DNA of 62,194 nt, filler included, from Chiloscyllium plagiosum (lineage: Eukaryota), in assembly GCF_004010195.1 (NCBI RefSeq). It is 4 parts of one record of this genome, joined end to end, with 100 filler letters (N's around TTAATTAATTAA, not from the genome) between each part and the next. Parts side by side here need not be neighbours in the genome. Positions count along the whole stretch, not along the records: positions 24,097 to 55,348 come from NC_057714.1; 3 more parts are not named here. One strand, written 5' to 3'. Positions 24,096 through 33,720 of the stretch are shown piece after piece. The notes below the pieces were generated by a model, which ran no database searches, had not been told where the DNA came from, and was given only the letters and a program-made list of their open reading frames with translations. Every line of letters begins with the position of its first letter. Within the stretch, counting starts at the first letter, position 1. Made by a program: the position numbers and the translations under genes.

Positions 24096-25060
24096 NGTCC
24101 AGCTGCCTGATATAGCGCGTCATCCTGTCCCTCAGGGGGGGCCATGTCTTCTCCCCCGACCATGACGTTCTCTGGTAGTCGCATGGCCCTCCCCGTCATG
24201 AGCTCGAAGGGAGTGAGGCCAGTGGAGCGGCCTGGGGTGGCCCTTAAGCACATCAGTATGCAGGGCAGAACGTCCACCCAGCCCTGCCCTGTTTCGGCAA
24301 TTGCCGCTTTGAGGGTCCGGTTCATGCGCTCGACCATCCCGGAGCTCTGGGGATGGAACGGGACGTGGAAGCGCTGTCTGATGCCGAGGAGGCGGCAGGC
24401 CAGTTTCATTGCGCGCCCGGTGAAGTGCGTGCCCTGGTCTGAGTCAATCTGGAGGGGGACCCCCTAGTGCGGGAAGATGTTGAAGGCCAGCACTCTGGCC
24501 ACGGTGGCGAGGAGGCGGCAGGCCAGTTTCATTGCGCGCCCGGTGAAGTGCGTGCCCTGGTCTGAGTCAATCTGGAGGGGGACCCCCTAGTGCGGGAAGA
24601 TGTTGAAGGCCAGCACTCTGGCCACGGTGGCGGATGTACAGTCCAGTGTAGGGAAGGCTTCTACCCAGCGCGTGAAATGGTCAACGATCACCAGGCAATA
24701 CTTCTTGCCACGGCTGGGGGGTAGGGGTCCTGTGAAATCAACCTGGAGGTTCTCCCAGGGCCCCTTGGGCCGTGGCTGGTGCGCCAGGGGAATGCGCAGG
24801 GGCCGCCCCGGGTTGTGCTGGGCGCAGACAACGCATTGGCGGCAGTGTTTGGCCATGTCGCGGCCGAAGCCGGGCCACCACCAGTCAGCCTGGAGCCTAG
24901 CAAGCGTTCCGTGACGGCCCGCGTGGTCCAGCTCGTGGTGTAATTGCATCAAGGTCGTTCTGATGGCCGCGGGTGCCACGACCCTGTCGCCGTGCCGCCA
25001 CACCCCATCGGGGCCGCGGGCTGCGCCCTTTACCAGCCAGTCCTCTACCTCACCGGGCTG
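24096..25060 (-). pseudogene. pol: ERV-A integrase (HHCC plus DDE) with premature stop and internal duplication
   Basis: HHELDHAG...WWWPG...CRQCVVC; WENLQVDF; VDHFTRWVEAFP; IDSDQGTHF; FHPQSSGMVERMNRTLK; TGLTPFELMTGR. Confidence 0.95.
24385..24632. repeat. 123-bp tandem duplication inside ERV-A integrase
   Basis: 24385-24509 matches 24508-24632; 2-bp CG microhomology. Confidence 0.9.
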
Positions 25061-25139
25061 CGCGCAATTCTGGACGTCCAGGACATTCACGTCCCGGACC
25101 TCAGTAGCGGGTGCCGCATGCGCAGGCAGTAGCGCTGCG

Positions 25140-25580
25140 CCCGCGGCGGCCTTGGCGGCCAGGTCGGCCCAATGATTCTCAAGCTGTTCAGCGGTGGTGG
25201 CCCGCTGGTGTGCTTTGATTTTCACCACCATGGCGAGCAGGGGGAGGCGTGCGGCCGCCACCAGGTCGCGGACCGTATTTTCGTGTTTAATCTGGCCACC
25301 GCCGGCCGTGATAAAGCCCCGGCGGCTCCATGCTGCCATGTAATCATGGACTACCCCGAAAGCGTACTGGCTGTCGGTAAAGATGTTTACCTGCTTGCCT
25401 GCCCCCAGGCGGAGTGCGGTGGTGAGGGCGACCAACTCCGCGACCTGGGCGGAGGTGTCGCCCCCCATCGTTCCCTGTGCTCGGGTAGTCCCGGTATGGT
25501 CGACCACCGCCCATCCCATTTGGTAGGACCCCTCAACAAGCCTACGTGAGCCGTCCACATACAAGGTCAGGTCGGGATCA
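25140..25580 (-). CDS. pol: ERV-A RNase H domain
   Basis: LYVDGS...SAQVAELVAL...NIFTDSQYAF...KIKAH...NHWADLAAK (D-E-D-D residues present). Confidence 0.95.
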
Positions 25581-25669
25581 GGGACCGGGCTGTCGGCCAC
25601 GCAGTCCCCCTCCGCCGAGCCGATGGCGGCCTGGCAATGGTGGGGTTCCCCACCGCGATAATCCCGTCG

Positions 25670-26840
25670 GCGGGGTTTGGCCCTGTGTCCCTAACGATCT
25701 GAATGGACTGGTCCCGGGGGAGGAGAACCGCTTCCCAAGTTGCCCTGCGGGCATCCGAGACCGTCCGGAGGCGGCCCGTGTTCAGGAGTTCAACTATCGT
25801 GTGTCTAGTGTGTAGTATTATCTGTCCGGACATAGTGACCGGCTCACACACCCGGACCACCCATGCAGCGCAATCCAGTGCCGCCATGCAGCGGTGCATG
25901 CCCTTCACGACCGGGGACTCCTTTGTGGAGTAGTAACCTACTGGTCTCATGTGGTCGCCTGAGGTTTGCGTGATAACAGCGCTGTAAAACCCCCCCTCAA
26001 GTCCGTAGAAGATGTGGAAGGGCTTGGATAGGTCAGGGAGGCGCGGGGCCGGGGCGCTGAGGAGATGGGACTTTAACTTGTAAGCGTCGGATAGTGGCGA
26101 AATGTGCAATGAAGGGGCGGCAGTAGTTAAAAAGCCCCAAGACGCGGCGGATTCCCCTGACTGTGTCCGGCCGCGGCATGTCGGCGATGGCCGACTTGCG
26201 GTCGGCGGGTAAGGTCTTGCTCCCCTGGCTGATGTCGTGTCCCAGGTAGCAGACTTTAGCCAGTCCGACCTGAGCCTTCGTGGGACTTATTTTGAATCCT
26301 GCCCGGGCGAGTGTCCGCAGGACGGCTGCCAGGGCCCCCAGGTGTTGGCGCACATCCGCAGATGCGATCAAACGGTCGTCTACATATTGTAGGAGGGTGC
26401 TCGAGAAGGGGGAGAGGTCGCACCCCTCCAGGGTCCGGCTCATGACCCTGTGGAAAATGTTAGGGCTGTTGTGGAAGCCCTGTGGCAGGCGGGTCCATGT
26501 GTACTGCCTGTCCCGCAGTGTGAAGGCAAACTTGTCCTGTGAGTCACGGTGCAGGGGAATGGACCAAAAGCCATTCGCCACGTCCAGGACCGTAAAGATC
26601 CGATGTGAGGGTTCGAGGCCATTGGAGATGGTGGTCGGGCTGGCTACGATAGGGTGTTCTTTGGGGGGTGACCCTATTGAGTGCCGTGTAGTCAATGGTG
26701 AGCCTGTAGCTGCCATCCGGCTTCCGGACTGGCCATATAGGGGAGTTGGTGGTGGACACTGTAGGGCGCAGGACGCCGTGTCGGGTGAGTTCGACAACGA
26801 TTGCCTCAGTGGCGCGCAGCGCCTCAGGTTTAATCGGGTA
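25670..26840 (-). pseudogene. pol: ERV-A reverse transcriptase plus tether (degenerate RNase H), frameshifted
   Basis: NSPIWPVRKPDGSYRLTIDY; LDVANGFWSIPL; FAFT; WTRLPQGFHNSP; QYVDD; YLGH; tether SAPAPRLPDLSKPF...RPVGYYS. Confidence 0.95.
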
Positions 26841-26843
26841 TTG

Positions 26844-27404
26844 TCAGTGCGGGGCGTGTACGGGCCCGGGTATCCGCTCAGGAGGGGAGCGGACGAGGCC
26901 GCAGTCCTGCTTGCTCATGGACCACACCTCCGGGGCTAGTTGGCAGACGGCTCCGAAGGCACCATCCTTGGCCCAGTCCCGGGCGACGGGCACACTGGGT
27001 GCAAGTGTAGCGACAGATTTAGTGGGCACCCATCTCCCCTCGTGGGAGCTCTTGTGAAGATCGCAGGATGTCCACAGGAGGCGACGGTGGAACGCGTCCA
27101 CCACCGCCCCCAGCTCGCCCAGGAGATCGACACCCGTGATCGTCCCCTCCGAGTTTGGGCAAACCCAGAAATATACGGGGAGTAAAATGTTGTCTACCTC
27201 TAAGAGGACAGCCTCGCTTCGGCGTGCAATAACCGAGCTCCCCCCAACCCCTTTAATGGAAATGGAGTGGTGGGTTGAGGGAAGGTCGAGGTCGGTGAGG
27301 AAGACCGATGCCCCCGTATCAATCAAAATCTTGCATCGGCGGCCCCCTAGCGATGCGGAAACCCAGATACGGGGGTCGGCTCCCGGGATGGGGGCCGACG
27401 CTAC
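26844..27404 (-). CDS. pro: ERV-A aspartic protease
   Basis: ILIDTGAS catalytic motif, IKGVGG flap, ITGVDLL. Confidence 0.92.
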   Translation of the reverse strand, partial: VASAPIPGADPRIWVSASLGGRRCKILIDTGASVFLTDLDLPSTHHSISIKGVGGSSVIARRSEAVLLEVDNILLPVYFWVCPNSEGTITGVDLLGELGAVVDAFHRRLLWTSCDLHKSSHEGRWVPTKSVATLAPSVPVARDWAKDGAFGAVCQLAPEVWSMSKQDCGLVRSPPERIPGPVHAPH

Positions 27405-28734
27405 TCAGTCTTTGCGTTGAGCGATCAGCTGGAAAAGCTCGAGCAGCTGGCCCCGACTGAGCTGATCCCAGTCGGGGGGTGGTGGGTTTCAGGCTTGGGC
27501 TGCGGGTCCTGTGGGGTCCGGGGTCACTGTCGACCCCTTGTCTGGGGCGTTTCTGGTTGTGGGGGCGTGAAGAGTGCGGCTGTGAGGGTGGCCGGCCCCC
27601 CTTCTGGCCCCAGGGACGTCGGGAAGAGAGCGAGCATTGGGCTTTTCGGTGCCCCTGCTGTTTGCAGCAGAAGCAAACGTCCGGTCCGACCGTCGAAACT
27701 GACGCAATGGCGGGCGCCGCTCGGTTGTCAAGGGACATGGCCCAGTTCTCAAGCTCCGCAAAGGTGACATAGGGCACCAGGCCCGTCCGTAGGACTGCCT
27801 GGTGTGTGGGGCTCAGACCGTCTTTGTATAATTGAATGAATGCGGGGTTCTGCCTATCAGCGTCGGGAACCCCGCTGTGTGCTCGGAATGCCTCAAACTT
27901 GCGGACCCCATATTCCTGGGCACACTCCCCAGGCTTCTGAGTGATATCCACAATGGCGTTCCAGTCGACCGGTGTATGGCCTTGAAGTCGGCGAGGGCAA
28001 CCTCCTGTTCGCGACGGTTGTCGCTGAGGTCAGCGCACCAGGACCCGGCCTGGTGCGCGGGCCGGAGCCTGGACAACAGGTTCTCCGGGAGTTTGGTCCG
28101 AACCAGGCCGGCCACGTCCCTATTGTGAAGGTTGTGGCAGATCTGCATCTCCCTAAGCCTCTGCCAAAACTCTGCGTTATTGTGCCGGGGCTTAAGGGCG
28201 GGGAGCCTGTCCAGAAGTTTCATGGTGTCGCCCGGGGTCAGGGAGACATAGGTCATCTTAAAGTGTGGTTTATGGGCAAGGGTCGTGGCCCGTTCCCCCC
28301 CACCCCCCCAGGGGTATATTCAACTTTCACCGGGGCTGCACGGGCATAGCCCGAGCACGATTGTCCGTGAGCCCCTCCCAGTCCCAGGTGGGGGACGGCG
28401 GGGCGCTGGGTGCATCGGTTAAGGTCGGTAAAATCGTACGGGCAGCAAGCGCCTGGGCTTCTAGATGCTCCGTGGCCTGCTGCTTCTTGTCTTGGACATA
28501 GAGCTGAACCTTGCCAGCAAGCCTGACGTGTGCCTGCAGCACCAGGACTCAAGCTTTCTCGTACCTATCTTTCTTCTGGCGGGCCCACCACTCGCGCTGT
28601 ACATCCAGCGGGTCAGCGGGCTCCCAGCCTGAGCGAAGCATCGCCTTAATAAGTGTCTTATTCTTGTCGGCTATAAAACGGCTAAGGGAACCCTCTGGCC
28701 CCCAATCTAGGTCTTCGGCCGCGCTCCCACCCAT
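27405..28734 (-). pseudogene. gag: ERV-A gag (one internal stop, several frameshifts)
   Basis: MGGS start at 28734; PSAP at 28399-28410; capsid-like ITQKPGECAQEY..RK; zinc knuckle CFCCKQQGHRKAQC. Confidence 0.88.
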
Positions 28735-29436
28735 GGTAGGGGTGCAGTGGGTGTAACTTAACAGAAGCTAATTTAAAGTAAAGCTAGCAGGCGTGCTAGG
28801 GATGTTGCTGGCACTGACTTATTAATCTCCCAGTCGGGGAGTCCACCTCCTTCAAGTCGAACCCTAGCCCCGTGGGTCAACCTGGGCAGGGGGGGAATAG
28901 TTACAGACGGGGCGCGTGTCGATTCCCGAGCGCGCAACCCCGGGTTTCCATGAGTCTCTCTCTCACCGCCTGATGTTCAGCGGCCGTGTGTACCCCACAA
29001 ACACTGGGCGTGAACCAGGGGCCCGAGTGCAAGGGGGGGGGGGGGGGGCGTGAAGTCAGACCTAACCGCGCCTGATCCTACAGAGGCCAATGCCTTGGGA
29101 CCGCGAGGACAATGGGCAGAGTGTATAACCACCGGTTGGCCCAAAGGCCCCGCGTCTCGGGCTGGTTTGGAGGACTTCCCTTCTTGTAGCGCGTGTAGAC
29201 CTCCCAGCCTCTACCGCGTATGCAAGGAAGGCGCTAAAACTGGGCTCAACATACAATGGGGTCCCCTAACCCCCACTGCAGAGGTCAACCAGGAAGGCTT
29301 GTTTGGTCGGTTTTTAAACAGGGGGGNNNNNNNNNNNNNNNNNNNNNNNNNNNNNNNNNNNNNNNNNNNNNNNNNNGCAGTGAAGTCCCTTGCGGGGCAC
29401 TGGGAGACTTTTACGCGAGAAGTAAAAGAGTAAAGA

Positions 29437-29447
29437 TACTCACCCAG
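29437..29447 (-). promoter_or_regulatory. ERV-A major splice donor
   Basis: Minus strand CTGG|GTGAGTA, ~52 nt from LTR end; same 11-mer at equivalent position in ERV-B. Confidence 0.7.
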
Positions 29448-29477
29448 TGCCGTCGCAGAGATCCAGCAGCCGTCGTT

Positions 29478-29496
29478 AACCAGGACGAAGCCCCCA
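29478..29496 (-). promoter_or_regulatory. ERV-A primer binding site, tRNA-Pro-like
   Basis: CA-AT-TGGGGGCTTCGTCCTGG versus canonical tRNA-Pro PBS TGGGGGCTCGTCCGGG. Confidence 0.8.
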
Positions 29497-29498
29497 AT

Positions 29499-29702
29499 TG
29501 TTAGCGCAGATAAAAGGATATCAGTCCGAGCCCAGAGTGCGGTCCAACAATCGGTAACGTTTATTGCTACAGTAACGCCGGCAGAGACCAACCGAGGTCC
29601 GAATCTCGGTTGGTCTCCGCCGGCATTACTGCAGTAATAAACGTTACCGATTGTTGAACCGCACTCTGGGCTCGGACTGATATCATTTCATCCGCGCTAA
29701 CA
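29499..29702. repeat. ERV-A 5' terminus: R-U5 plus inverted R-U5 (98-bp arms, 8-nt loop)
   Basis: Arms 29499-29596 and 29605-29702, loop GTCCGAAT, 8 mismatches between arms. Confidence 0.95.
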
Positions 29703-29862
29703 CATGTGTCACCTGTAATAATTACCTTGTGTGGTCCAGTCCACTGAGGCTGCAGTCCAGCCTGTTTTGGCAAAATCTTCACCATAACCGGATCTCTTGG
29801 ATCTGTGTTATCCACATCTGTTTCCTTTTGTCCTTTTTCCCAATCCCTGATCCGCTGCCTGT

Positions 29863-29940
29863 CCATCTCTCCCCCTTCCCACCCGTCTCTCCCCCTTCCC
29901 ACCCGTCTCTCCCCCTTCCCACCCGTCTCTCCCCCTTCCA
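29863..29940 (+). repeat. 20-bp tandem repeat (CTCCCCCTTCCCACCCGTCT), about 4 copies
   Basis: Directly visible; lies within ERV-B integrase. Confidence 0.9.
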
Positions 29941-30255
29941 TCCACATCGTTGTTTAGCCAGTTTCTCACCCGAATTGGGAACTCTGAAGTGGATCTAAGC
30001 TTCATGAGAATCCGTCAGTGCTTTGGTTAAGCTAGTTTTAAGCATCCTAATCATTCCTGAATTCTGGGAGTGATAAGGTAAATGGAATTTTAGCTTAATC
30101 CCAAGTGGGGCACACCTGGGTTTATTACTTTCCTAGTGAAGCGAGTCCCTTTGTCTGAGTCAAGTTGTAAGGGTACACTCCATTATGTTATAATTTCTTC
30201 TGCAAATATTCGGGCCACGGTTTCTGCTGAGTAGTCCCTACATGGGAATTCTTCT

Positions 30256-30466
30256 GAGCTGAAAAATGTGTTGCTGGAAAAGTGCAGCAGGTCAGGCAGC
30301 ATCCAAGGAGCAGGAGAATCGACGTTTCGGGCATAAGCCCTTCTTCAGGAATGCTTATGCCCGAAACGTCGATTCTCCTGTTCCCTGGATGCTGCCTGAT
30401 CTGCTGCGCTTTTCCAGCAACACATGTTCAGCTCTGATCTCCAGCATCTGCAGTCCTCACTTTCTC
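30256..30466. mobile_element. Short palindromic Penelope-derived insertion with 15-bp TSD
   Basis: Head-to-head pseudo-LTR pieces; CATGGGAATTCTTCT at 30241-30255 and 30467-30481. Confidence 0.85.
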
Positions 30467-31714
30467 CATGGGAATTCTTCTACCCACCTTATAAATCTGT
30501 CTATACAGAGTAGGCAATACCTTTTCCCTTGATACTGTGGGAGGGTCCAGTAAAGTCCATCTGAGGTTGGGTATGCTTCGGAGGGTCGGTATGGACTTGT
30601 TGGGCCAAAGGGCCTGTTTCCATAATGTAGGGAATCTAATCTGTTCCCATGGTCCTGGAGTTTGGGGCTAGTAACCAAGCTTCATTCTAATAGCCTTCCC
30701 TGACTCACACTGTGCACACGTCACACATCTCTGACAGAGGTCTGTGATGTCCCTTCCCACTCCTGGCCACCACCAACATCATCTTGTGTGGTCTCTCCCA
30801 ATATATACCATCTGTGGTATGTTTTGTTAATGTTTGTTGTATACAATGAGAGGTTACAATTCTTTCCTGCATTTTCTATACTCTATCCTTTCCTTTTCCA
30901 GCTCCCCTTGATGTCTGAGTTTGGTGATCTGCTCAGATTGTTATATTTGTATTTCCTTTCAGTTAACCTGTTTCCATAACTCTTCTAAAAGTCACTGTAT
31001 TTTATCATCTGTAACCTCTGGATGTTATAGATTCAGATTTATGCTCCTTAATTTGGTTTGTTATCATCCAATTCTCTATCTGCCAATCACCTCACTCAAA
31101 AACAGTGAAATAATATCATAAAGGACTTAAACTTCTCCAGCTGTCTTTCATCTGAATCCACCTCGAGGATACTTCTTATTAAGTATTCCAATCCCAAAGC
31201 CCAAAAATGGTTTAAATCTAATTTTCCCTTGCTCCTTCCAATTCCACTCACTTTACTCTATCCCGAGAGTTTTATGGTCAGTTTCTCAAGGGAGTTAAGC
31301 CTCATTGTCTTGTGAACTAAGATATTTTCTCACATTATGGGCCACATTTCATGCCATGCTATTTGTCAAGTAAATGCACATGATTGAAGCCCGTTCTTCA
31401 GTGCAATATTTCCTCTCCTTTGTAATCTCAGAATATCCGTGCACACGAATGCAATGTGCCAATACCATGCCACACGTTCTTGTCTCTTGCACGTATGATC
31501 GTCTCAAAAGATCTGTGAGGTTTTACTTATCATTTCATGTATTGACCCAATGCCTTGGGTAGTGGCTGGGTTATCAAATTCAATTCTCTTAAAGAAAAGC
31601 CAATGCCACTAACATCACCAAGACAAATCTACCAGTTTGTTACTCTCATCTAAACTTGCCTTTCACTAGAATTGGCATTTTAACCTCAGTTGTCATTGGG
31701 ACCCATTAGTCTCT

Positions 31715-32715
31715 GTTAGGATCAGTTTTGGGGCCCCTCCCTGTTTGTCATTTTTATAAATGATCTGGGTTAGAACGATGGGTTAGTAAATTTGCGGATG
31801 ACACTAAGGTAGGCAGAGTTGTGGACAGTGCTGAAGGATGTTGTGGGTTACAGAGGGGCATAGATAAGCTGCAGAGCTGAGCTGAGAAGTGGCAAATGGA
31901 GTTTAAATGTGGAAAAGTGTGAGGTAGTTCACTTCGGGTAAGTAACAGGAATGCAGAGTACTGGGCTAATGGTAAAATTCTTGGCAGTGTAGATGGGCAG
32001 AGAGATCTCAGTGTCCTGGTGCATAAATCCCTGAAAGTTGTCACCCAGGTTGATAGGGTTGTTAAGAAGGCATATGGTGTGTTGGTGTTTATTGGTAGAG
32101 GGATTGAGTTTCAGAGCCACGAGGTCATGCTTCAGCTGTACAAGACTCTGGTAAGGCTGCACCTGGACTATTGTGTACAGATCTGGTCACCGCATTATAG
32201 GGAGGATGTGGAAACTTTGGAAAGGGTGCAGAGGAGATTTACGAGGATGTTGCCTGGTATGGAGGGAAGGTCTTACGAGGAAAGGCTGAGGGAACTGAAG
32301 CTGTTTTCATTGGAGGGGAGAAGGTTGAGAGGTGACTTAATCGAGACGTATAAGATAAACAGAGGGTGAGATAGGGTGGACAGGGAGAATCCTTTTCCTC
32401 GGATGGTGATGGGGATGGGGATGGGGATGGGGATGGGGATGCGGATGGGGAGACATAGCTTTAAATTGAGGGGTGATAGATATAGGACAGATTTCAGGGT
32501 AGTTTCTTCACTCAGAGAGTAGTAGGGATGTGGAATGCCCTGCCTGCAACAGTATTGGACTTGCTGACGTTAAGGGCACTTAAGTGAGCATTGGACATAC
32601 ATATGGATAATAATGGATCAGTGTAGGTGAGATGGGCATCAGATTACTTTCACAGTTCTGTGCAACATCGAGGGCCGAAGGGCCTGTACTGCGCTGGAAT
32701 GTTCTAGGTTCTGTG
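31715..32715 (+). mobile_element. CR1-type LINE, 5'-truncated, inside ERV-B pol
   Basis: KFADDTK; LYKTLVRLHLDYCVQIWSPHY; LERVQRRFTRMLPG. Confidence 0.9.
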
Positions 32716-33502
32716 TTTTCATTTTGTTTGCTGCTTAGCTTTTTCTGCCAGCATTTCCCACCCTTAATATCTTTCTCTCATCAGTTTTTTTTTTGCAATT
32801 CAACTAGTCACTATCCTATCTCATTCTTGAGCTCTGGAGAGATTTGTAGCCCAATGAACTATATTCTCATAATATCTTTATAAGAGAAGTCAAACATTTC
32901 TGTTTGACCCCAGCAATAACATATTTTGTTTGGTCTTTCTTTTAGACAGCAAATTTTTAAGGTTACTTAATAACTCACTCTGGGTACTTACATATAAATT
33001 AGTCCAAATTCAATATTTTGTTTATTTCTTCAAAAGTCATGAACAATTCTTCTTCCATGCACAAAAACGATTGAGACTGTGTGCATGCATTTCATTATTT
33101 TCCAGAATCCTTTGAAATTACAGGTAACCGTTCCCTTTAAATGTTTTGGAATACCAGGCCATGTGAGTTGGAATATAATTTCACATTATGGTATGTTCAA
33201 GTTTGCCCAGGCTTTGAAATGCCTGATTCTCAATATATTTAATGTTTTGTAGTGCTCCTCCAGTAGTGAGGTATCAGTGGCTTGATGGGTTAAGGACAAC
33301 TCATTCATCACTGTGTTGTGATATTGCAAGTCTGCAGACAAATTCAGAAATTCAAGGGTGTTGGGGAAATCTTCTGTATTTGCAGTTATCTGAAAATCAA
33401 AACAGTATCTATTTCAATTCAAGCAGAATGGGTTCATTAGTCCAAGTAAGCTGTCAATGGAAAATATGTATAGAATGTATCAATTCTTTGAGCTATACAT
33501 GA

Positions 33503-33720
33503 TGTGGAGATGCTGGTGTTGGACTGGGGTGTACAAAGTTAAAAGTCCCACAACACCAGGTCGTAGTCCAACAGGTTTAATTGGAGTCACACTAGCTTTC
33601 GGAGTGTCGCTCCTACATCAGGTGGTTGTCCTGATGAAGAAGCGTCGCTCCAAAAGCTAGTGTGACTCCAATTAAACCTGTTGGACTACGACCTGGTGTT
33701 GTGGGATTTTTAACTTTGAA
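33503..33720. mobile_element. Palindromic Penelope-like pseudo-LTR insertion (second family)
   Basis: Inverted arms ~33534-33625 and ~33630-33718 with CTGATGA hammerhead core. Confidence 0.75.

Larger units (their letters stand above)
21929..29702 (-). mobile_element. ERV-A: young endogenous retrovirus, gag-pro-pol-env, F-like env, inverted termini
   Basis: Retroviral gene order, PBS, TG...CA ends, CAT on both flanks, GC/CpG-rich versus flanks. Confidence 0.95.
29703..30800 (-). pseudogene. pol: ERV-B integrase remnant (C-terminus continues at ~21860-21928)
   Basis: WWWPGVGRDITDLCQRCVTCAQ (~30710-30780); GKRYCLLCIDRFIRWVEEFP; SAETVARIFAEEII..WSVPLQLDSDKGTRF; LQPQWTGPHKVIITGDTC|FLEIVKGTPKWKHWSWLK. 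Confidence 0.88.

Noticed and set aside
26280..28349. Plus-strand ORFs of 100-219 aa over ERV-A
   Set aside because: Antisense shadows of GC-rich gag/pol with no recognisable motifs.
21929..29702. ERV-A as a DNA transposon or DIRS element because of inverted termini
   Set aside because: It has a PBS, protease, DDE integrase and env; no transposase or tyrosine recombinase is visible.
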